Shown here one piece after another: positions 56,129 to 64,000 of a DNA stretch of 64,000 nt. How positions within the stretch are numbered: the first letter of the stretch is position 1; every line of letters begins with the position of its first letter. The notes below the pieces were generated by a model that saw only the letters and a list, made by a program, of their open reading frames with translations, did no database searches and was not told the origin of the DNA. Made by a program: the position numbers and the translations under genes. Origin of the DNA: the human T2T-CHM13v2.0 reference genome, Homo sapiens; the NCBI RefSeq assembly GCF_009914755.1, contig NC_060938.1. One strand, written 5' to 3'.

Positions 56129-56210
56129 TTGCAGCAGTGGGATTTAAACCCACGTCCCCAAAGAGACTGGAGCCTAAATTCAGTGCCTTAGACCATTCAA
56201 CCACACTACC
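56129..56210 (-). pseudogene. tRNA-Leu(TAG) degenerate copy / probable pseudogene
   Basis: GGTAGTGTGGTTGAATGGTCTAAGGCACTGAATTTAGGCTCCAG...GGGTTTAAATCCCACTGCTGCAA; ~13 changes vs the 4480 gene, B box GTTCGA changed to GTTTAA. Confidence 0.9.
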
Positions 56211-56537
56211 AAACTGCTAAGACTAATTGGCGGCACCACCAAACCATCTTGTCCTTTTCCAGTGATGTCTTCTGGAAAGGATGATATAACTAGAAAGAGC
56301 AGGTTCCTATTCCAGCCGTCACCGCTCTTTCATTTTGTGCTTTGGCATTCTCCCCCTTAAGCTTTCTCTGGAGTACTGTTTTCTCTGCTTCTCAGTCCGT
56401 GTGGTGGACTATGATTGATGTTATAGCTCCCACAACTGCCATTTCCTTTCTAGTATTGGCAGGCTAATTAATTTAGACCAATCCTTCTTGAAATAAAAAT
56501 TATTAAAAATATTGCATAAGATTTTTACCAAATCTCA

Positions 56538-56951
<414 letters not shown>

Positions 56952-57094
56952 ATAAATAAATACTTTTATCAAATCTCCTTAGAAGCATTAAAGTGCTGAT
57001 ATGGTAGTAAGCAACTAATAGGCCAGAAACCAAGGGAAAGGTGGAATTCAGAGAGTTAAGGTAAGTTATCTCTGCATTGACCTTTGTAGCCCTA

Positions 57095-57482
<388 letters not shown>

Positions 57483-58288
57483 TCAGACATCAAGACACAG
57501 CACCCACCAGAGGTAGGAAGACTAGTAAGACACCCTCCCAATATTAAGTTGGGACTCCAAAGATCTATTCCCCTAAGGTAAGGGCAAATAAGAAGTACAC
57601 CTATGTCTGTTCTCCTACTTCTAGTAATTGTTGTGGAGCTCAGCAGAAAAAAATTGAGCTTAGCAAAGGAAAATAGAAAGTGTGAGGAGTTTTTCTGAGA
57701 AGCTGGGACCACAGGTCAGCATTCTGATTTGCACCTTGGGTTTACGTATCTTGGAGATCCAGAGAATGCCTGGCCATTAACTTTGTTTAGGATCTTCTTG
57801 GGCTGATAGAGTGCCAAGTGCCTGGGAGAAAAAAAAGTCATATATATATTTTTAAAAGAAGATAACCTTCATCTTGTCCTCAAAAACTCACTGCATGTAA
57901 TTTTGCAAAGACACTGAGCAGTACACATTCAAAGATGACCAAGTTTTACAAGAAAACAAAACAACATGAGTTGACAAAACAACGGCATAAAATTCAGATA
58001 TTAGGATTATCAGTTATATATATTAAAACAACTGTAATTACTGTGCTTAAGGAAATAAGAAACAAGCTGGAAAATATCTGCAAAAAACAGGAAATAAAAA
58101 AATTCGGCCTAGTAGTTTTGAAAAACAATCAACTAGAACTTCTAGAATGGGAAATTACATTTTAACCAAAATAAATGACTTAATGGGCATATCTAACAGC
58201 TGATTAAACAGAGCTATAGAGAGAATTACTGATTAGTATTAAAGGTAAGAAAATGTTATCCAGAATGCAACATAGAAAAAAAGACCAA

Positions 58289-58413
58289 ATATATATATAT
58301 GTATATATATGTGTGTATATATATGTATATATGTGTGTATATATGTATATATATGTGTATATATGTGTGTATATATATGTATATATATGTGTATATATAT
58401 GTATATGTATATG
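58289..58413 (+). repeat. (TA)n/(TATG)n microsatellite
   Basis: Alternating purine-pyrimidine tract. Confidence 0.95.
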
Positions 58414-58520
58414 GAAGAGAGGTTAAAATAAATGGAAAACAAGGTAGGAAGCTCTAATAGATGTTTAATTTCAGTTCCAAAAAGAGAGAAAAAAATAGAG
58501 TAAAAACAATATAGGAGGCT

Positions 58521-58619
58521 GGCTGGTCTGAGTGCAGTGGTGTTTACAACTAATTGATCACAAGCAGTTACAGGTCTCTTTGTTCCTTCTCCACTCCCAC
58601 TGCTTCACTTGACTAGCCT
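58521..58619 (+). pseudogene. Y3 RNA (RNY3) retropseudogene
   Basis: GGCTGGTCTGAGTGCAGTGGTGTTTACAACTAATTGATCACAA...CACTTGACTAGCCT followed by poly(A); TSD ataggag (58511-58517 / 58651-58657). Confidence 0.95.
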
Positions 58620-58669
58620 AAAAAAAAAAATTAAAAAAATATATAAAAAAATAGGAGAAGATAATGGCT

Positions 58670-59073
58670 ACTATTAGTTAAAATGTATCTCCCCCAAATT
58701 TATATGTTGAAGCCCTAATCCCTAGTATCCCAGAATGTAACTGTATTTGGAGATAGGGCGTTTAAAGAGATGATTAAGTTAAAATGAGGCCATTAAGGTG
58801 GGCCCTAATCCAACCTGGTGTCCCTGTAAGGGGAGTAAATTTAGACACAAAGAGAGGAGCTAAGGGTGTGGACCCACAGAAGGACAGCTATGTGAGGCGG
58901 CAGCAAGAGGCCAGCCATCTCTAAGTGAAGGAGAGAGGCCTCAGAAGGAACCAAACCTGCCAACACCTTGGTCTTGGATTTTTGACCTCCAGGACTGTGA
59001 GAAAATGAATTTCAGTTGTTTAAGTCACCCAGTCTGTGGTATTTTATTATGGAAGCCCTAGCAAACTAACACA
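58670..59073 (+). mobile_element. MLT1B/C-type MaLR LTR
   Basis: tatgttgaagccctaa...gtatttggagataggg...cctccaggactgtgagaa...gccctagcaaactaacaca. Confidence 0.85.
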
Positions 59074-60799
59074 ATGACTGAGAGTTTTCCAGAACTAAAG
59101 AAAGACAGCAGTATATGGATTTAAGAAAACCCATACCCAAAAACTTGACACTGATACCATATTTGGAAAAACATGGGTTTTCCTTATGGTATCCTGTACT
59201 CCTGTTTTATGTTTCTAAATGGAAAGCTTCCTGGGCGATGCATCTGATTGGTGGAGCCCAGGTCACATGCCCATTCTCAGCTGTAAGCTGGGAAAGCAAG
59301 TGTTCTAGGACAGACTTACTTATAATATGTGAAATATCCACATGTAAGGAGAATTTTTAAAAGATGTTGGACACACACTAACATAACATATGCCTATAAC
59401 AGGGCTATTCAAAACTTATGTTCTAGTCTCAGCTGTTTTCTCTGTATTCTTTTCCTTCAAGAGTGCATAACTCGTAGAGTCTCTAACTCAATGGATGACT
59501 TATGTAATTTGATTAATTCATTTATCAATTCATGAAACTCTAGACACGAGACTATTCTGGCTATCATGCAATTCCCATGAACTGCTCCACCTTCACTTCA
59601 TATTCAGCTTACCTAAATCCTAGCGTCACCCCTCCGCCCTCTCCAGATACGCTGAAGAAGTAGGCTTCCTTTTTTCTGCAGGTGTTATCTTGCCTCTTCA
59701 AGACACCTTTGAGAGTCCCCTCTCTTTCCTCTTGATTTCACTTCATACCTAGGTTCAGCAGAATCGCCCTGCCCTGTAACGCTCTCACTCATCCCTTCCT
59801 TTCCAGTCCCATAACGATTACCTTTTTGCAGCTTTATGTTTGAGCATCTTCACCATGGCCAGTCACTGGTGTTTCTGACTCTGGTTGCTCGTCCCTTCAA
59901 TTAATTCCGCAAACTCATCAATGTTTGGTGAATTTCTATTTTCTTCTACTAATCTTCTCACCTGCTGCCCCAGCCAGTGTTCCCTTGAATGTCTCAGTCT
60001 TTCTCTCGGACTTTGCTCGTAATTTTATTCTACCAGGGACCACCCTGCTCCCATTTTTGTCTAAGTCTTAACCTCCCTTCATAGTGCAGCTCAGGCCAAT
60101 GCCCTCTTGAAGACACCCCCGGATGGTTCACTTTGTAAATGTGTGGACCTTGGCATGGCCAACGCCCCTTCACACCTGGCACAGCTACTTTTCATTGTTT
60201 TCCTTCATGAAAACTAAAGTTCTTTTGTTCCACAAAACTGTGACAGTGACTTCAGGATAAAGATCATATCTGGATCCCTAATTCTTAGTGCAGAGCCTAG
60301 TACAGAACTGGAATGCAGTGTTTGTTGAATGAAGGAATGAATTAAACTGCAAATTAACGAATGCCTGCTCTGGCACTGAGACTCGCAGCTGTGAGAAAGG
60401 TCTCTGGAGGCAGACAGTTGCTGGTACGAAGTCCTGAGTCAAGCAGGAAACAAAATGCGGATGTCAGCAGTTTCAAGTGAGACCTGTGGTGAGCTCCTTC
60501 CTCTGCCGGTTTTCCCTTCTTAATTTTCAGTCTGAAGTGAGGGAGTGGAGAATCTTTCTGTGTTAGACTGTGTCGCGTTGGGCAGATTTCTCCAATCTTA
60601 GGATAGTAGTGGTCCCTCTCACTGGCCTTCACTTTGTACCATCCCCAGCAAGAACACTGAGTCTGTGAACCGAATTCTAGTAGTCGGGAAATGGATTGAA
60701 AGGACATCCAGGTTTTACTTAGTTTCTATGCTCAGATGCTGGCAGAAGCCCTGCAAATCTTTTCCTTTTCTGTGAAAGGAAGAGGCGGTTTCTGCGTGA

Positions 60800-60872
60800 G
60801 GCCCTATAGCTCAGGGGTTAGAGCACTGGTCTTGTAAACCAGGGGTCGCGAGTTCAAATCTCGCTGGGGCCT
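60800..60872 (+). tRNA. tRNA-Thr(TGT)
   Basis: 73-nt GGCCCTATAGCTCAGGGGTTAG...TCTCGCTGGGGCCT; T6 run at 60900-60905. Confidence 0.98.
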
Positions 60873-61497
60873 TGCGAAACTACTTTCTTGATTCAGGTGT
60901 TTTTTGAAAAACTCCCCTTCTAGTCTTTCTGAACTAAGTCACAGAAAATGTGGCAAATTAGAGCTTCTTTCCTCTGTTCAGAGCTTCCAAACACTAGCTC
61001 AGCAGAACGTTTCCTTTAGGTTCCAGTAGTAATGCTGCTTTAGCTCCTGGAATGCGGCGGAATCCATTACACAGGCGGTGGAAATCACCGTCAGCCTCTG
61101 CCCACGCCCTGGCTTGCGGACTGGCGGCGAGAGCCCTGCTGACTGCCGGGCGGGAAATGGGGACAGCTAGGCGAGACAATAGCCCTTTAAGCTATTCTCA
61201 AGCCCCGGGTCTGGGCATATTTGGAGTAGAGATCAAGGTTCCACTTCTGAAACGGGAAGAGCCAGCAATGGCCGCTCCGGCCAGGCGTCCAGAAGAGAGA
61301 TGCACGTTGTGAGGCAAGGTTTCATGTGCCAGTGGGGTTTTGGGAAATTAAGGGCCCGACTTTAGGGGCGAGACTTGGGTCACTAAATTTGATTTTAACG
61401 CAGAGAAATGTGGCCTTCCTTTTGAATGAGCTGCAAATATTATCTCCAAAAGCGAATTCACACAGAAACATTGGGTTTGCCCAGATGTCCTCTATTT

Positions 61498-61845
61498 CAG
61501 GGGTTCCCAACCCTTGGGCCGCGCACCTGTCCATGGCCTGTTAGGGACCCGGCTGTACAGCAGGAGGTGAACTCCGGGCTAGCTACCAGTACCGCCTGAG
61601 CTCCGCCTCCTGTGAGATCAGTGGTGGCATTAGAATCTCACAGGAGCGCGAACCCTATTGGGAACTGCGCATGCCAGGGATCTAAACTGCACTCCTTATG
61701 AGAATCTAAGTGATGCCTGATGATCTGAGGTGGAACAGTTTCATCCCGAAACCATCCCCCAACTCTTCCCCCCGCCCCCGCGGTCCGTGGAAAAACTGTC
61801 TTCCACGAAACCGGTCCCTAGTGCCAAAAATGTTGGGGACCACTG
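61498..61845 (+). mobile_element. MER1 (hAT-Charlie) DNA transposon
   Basis: TIRs caggggttcccaa / ttggggaccactg; 8-bp TSD ctctattt / ctccattc. Confidence 0.9.
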
Positions 61846-62382
61846 CTCCATTCCACACCCTCTCCCTCCCGTGTCTGTGGACGTGTAAGCGGAAGAGCCG
61901 AGATTGGGAGGGAAGCGCAGGAAGTGAGGACATCAGGGAGCCCGGGCCTAAGCCTGGAGGCCCGCCCTCTCCGGCGTTCACAGTTGCGCAGTCAGAATTG
62001 TGTGCGTCCCACCGCCTCAGCCCCCAGTTCTCCGACGCCCAGGTGCCGGTCCCCACCCTACACACAAACACACGCATCCACGCTCGCGAGGCCCCTGGGT
62101 CCGCGCCCAGTGAGGCCAACAGCCCTCGGGCGCCCAGAGGATGAGCAGCCTCGGTATGCCCGAGTTTCAGGGGCGCCTGCTCTGCTTGGGAGCCCCTCAG
62201 TGAGGCAGGGGAATCCAGATTTAGAAAGGTTGTCCTCAGAACCTCGGACGCAGGACTGTCTTACAAGCTGGCTTTGTGACTCTGCAGTAATTACTTTCCG
62301 GGTATAAAGAGATTTCTTTCTTTCCCGTCTCTGGTTAAGGATGTCTCGAGTAGGGATTTTTAGGAGAGTTGTTTCCGTGCTT

Positions 62383-62471
62383 CCTTCGATAGCTCAGCTG
62401 GTAGAGCGGAGGACTGTAGTACTTAATGTGTGGTCATCCTTAGGTCGCTGGTTCGATTCCGGCTCGAAGGA
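62383..62471 (+). tRNA. tRNA-Tyr(GTA), 16-nt intron (62420-62435)
   Basis: Exons identical to array copies 1, 3 and 4; intron tacttaatgtgtggtc; TTTT at 62482-62485. Confidence 0.98.
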
Positions 62472-63125
62472 GACGCTGCTGTTTTGGGGTTTACGGTTGC
62501 TCTTCGTTTGTGCAAAAAATCTCTGTATCTTGACGTGATCAAATCTGTTTCTGTCTCTCACCCTTGTCCGAAGGAAACAGCTTAGCCGCGAGGTGGGCTG
62601 CGTTAATCGCGTCTTGAAAAGTTGGTTACCTTTCTGAAAGATAGTAGACCCGAATCGTCCCACCGTTGGGGGAAGGCACTGTTGTCTTACCGAAGTGTGT
62701 TATATTTTGGCTTCTACGTTAAGTCCAAAGGCCGGCAGATATATACGTATCGCGCGTCTGTCCTGGGGCTCAGTACCCTACAGCCTTGCAACCGAGCTCA
62801 GCTCTGGCCCTCGATCTCTATTTCAGCCCCCTCCAGGTTCCCTCCAGGCCCTAGCGGGCTTAAATCGCTCCCCGGGCTCAGTGAGACACAAGCATGTGAC
62901 CTAAAGTCTAAAAAGCTGCCTTCCTTCACCCCATCCTGCATCTGGATCGAGGAGAATAAGCCAGAGAATAAGCCACACTTGAAACTTGGTGAAGATGGAA
63001 GGAATAACTAAATAAGGCCTAAGGGAAATGTCACAACAGAGGAAAAGAAACAAAACAAAAAACCTTCAGAACAGCAGGCGGAAAAGAGAAATTCAGAGTG
63101 ATAGGAAGCACCACTCAGCTACAGT

Positions 63126-63197
63126 GGCTCGTTGGTCTAGGGGTATGATTCTCGCTTTGGGTGCGAGAGGTCCCGGGTTCAAATCCCGGACGAGCCC
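63126..63197 (+). tRNA. tRNA-Pro(TGG)
   Basis: 72-nt GGCTCGTTGGTCTAGGGGTATG...GGACGAGCCC; T5 terminator at 63210-63214. Confidence 0.98.
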
Positions 63198-63269
63198 TCG
63201 TGGCTACTGTTTTTCCACCCCCTTTTGTCAACTACTGAAAAAAAGTCTCCGTTAAATTTGAAACACAAA

Positions 63270-64000
63270 CTGTCTCGCGATGGGCTGTCCTGCCAAAGAA
63301 AGCAGCAGCGAATAAGTACGTGGCAGATGGTGCTGTCGACCAGTGTCAAGACCAAGTTTCATGGGTTCCTGGACGCTCAGCCAGGGGTAGTCTCTGAAGG
63401 GCCGCCTGGCAATTGGGAGCAGAAGCCAGTTTCCCGCCATCTGCTCTCCGTGGAGGCAGTGCTCTCGCGGCTGCTGCCCGTTGGGGTCCAGCTGAGGAAG
63501 GAGCGCGGATCCCAGGCTCGTTCTTTGCCTGGGCTGCCCCTGCGGCCCCTGGGGCGGGTGCTGCTGCGGCGCCAGCTCCAAGGGCGGATCCAGGCGGGAG
63601 GGGCCTCCTCGGAGAAGCGGGGCGCGGTCCCAACTACGCAGAGGCTGGCACGCCGACCCTCCACACCTCACCACGCCCCCATCTCCGTCCGTGTACACAC
63701 ACTCACACAAGGACGCCAACCCCACCTAGATGCAAAGCAGGATTCAAAAGAACATCTTTGCGTTTTCTACCGGCTCCCCATCATCGTACTAGGGAGGAAG
63801 AAGCGGGTGAGAAACAAAACTTCTTTCCATTGTCCTGCCCGTTTCTGCGGACTTGTTCTGAGGCCGAGGTAGGTTCACACTCCTGCTCCTCCTCCTCCTC
63901 TCTGGTAGCTTCATAAGGGGCGTTTAGGCCGGGGAGTCCTTTCCTAGTAGAGGCAGCTTGGGACTCCTTGGGGAGGAGTTTGCGGGACGGGGCTGGAGAG
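63270..64000 (+). promoter_or_regulatory. CpG-island promoter shared by ANG/RNASE4
   Basis: High CpG density, GC boxes (gggcgg, ggggcgcgg), immediately upstream of the recognised 5' UTR exon. Confidence 0.75.
63750..63868 (+). other. ANG: First non-coding exon of ANG/RNASE4 (5' boundary approximate)
   Basis: ...GTTTCTGCGGACTTGTTCTGAGGCCGAG matches my recollection of the angiogenin cDNA 5' UTR and ends at a strong donor GAG|GTAGGT (63869); coding exons lie outside the window. Confidence 0.75.

Noticed and set aside
63225-63916. Long overlapping ORFs (215, 167 and 157 aa) at the right end
   Set aside because: GC-rich promoter sequence depleted of stop codons in several frames; low-complexity peptides with no recognisable domain

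Overview
Primate (most likely human) genomic DNA matching, from recalled gene content and order, the 14q11.2 interval just upstream of ANG/RNASE4. It is a repeat-rich RNA polymerase III domain. It holds ten intact tRNA genes: Leu-TAG x1, Thr-TGT x2, Pro-TGG x2 and intron-containing Tyr-GTA x5. It also holds at least six decayed tRNA copies of the same four isotypes, one of them a Tyr-derived relic with an amber (CTA) anticodon. Four of the Tyr genes plus one Tyr pseudogene lie in an old tandem array of ~3 kb units (~32.0-48.5 kb) with an alternating A-B-A-B-A pattern. Single units were later invaded by MER11, a full-length THE1 and Alus. The only protein-coding ORF is a single olfactory receptor (OR6S1, minus strand). 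The right end is the CpG-island promoter and first non-coding exon of ANG/RNASE4. Other items: a Y3 RNA retropseudogene and a 27-bp templated insertion copied across OR6S1 into an Alu. Almost all other ORFs in the track are Alu/L1/LTR or GC-rich artefacts. Repeat boundaries and subfamily calls are by eye and approximate.
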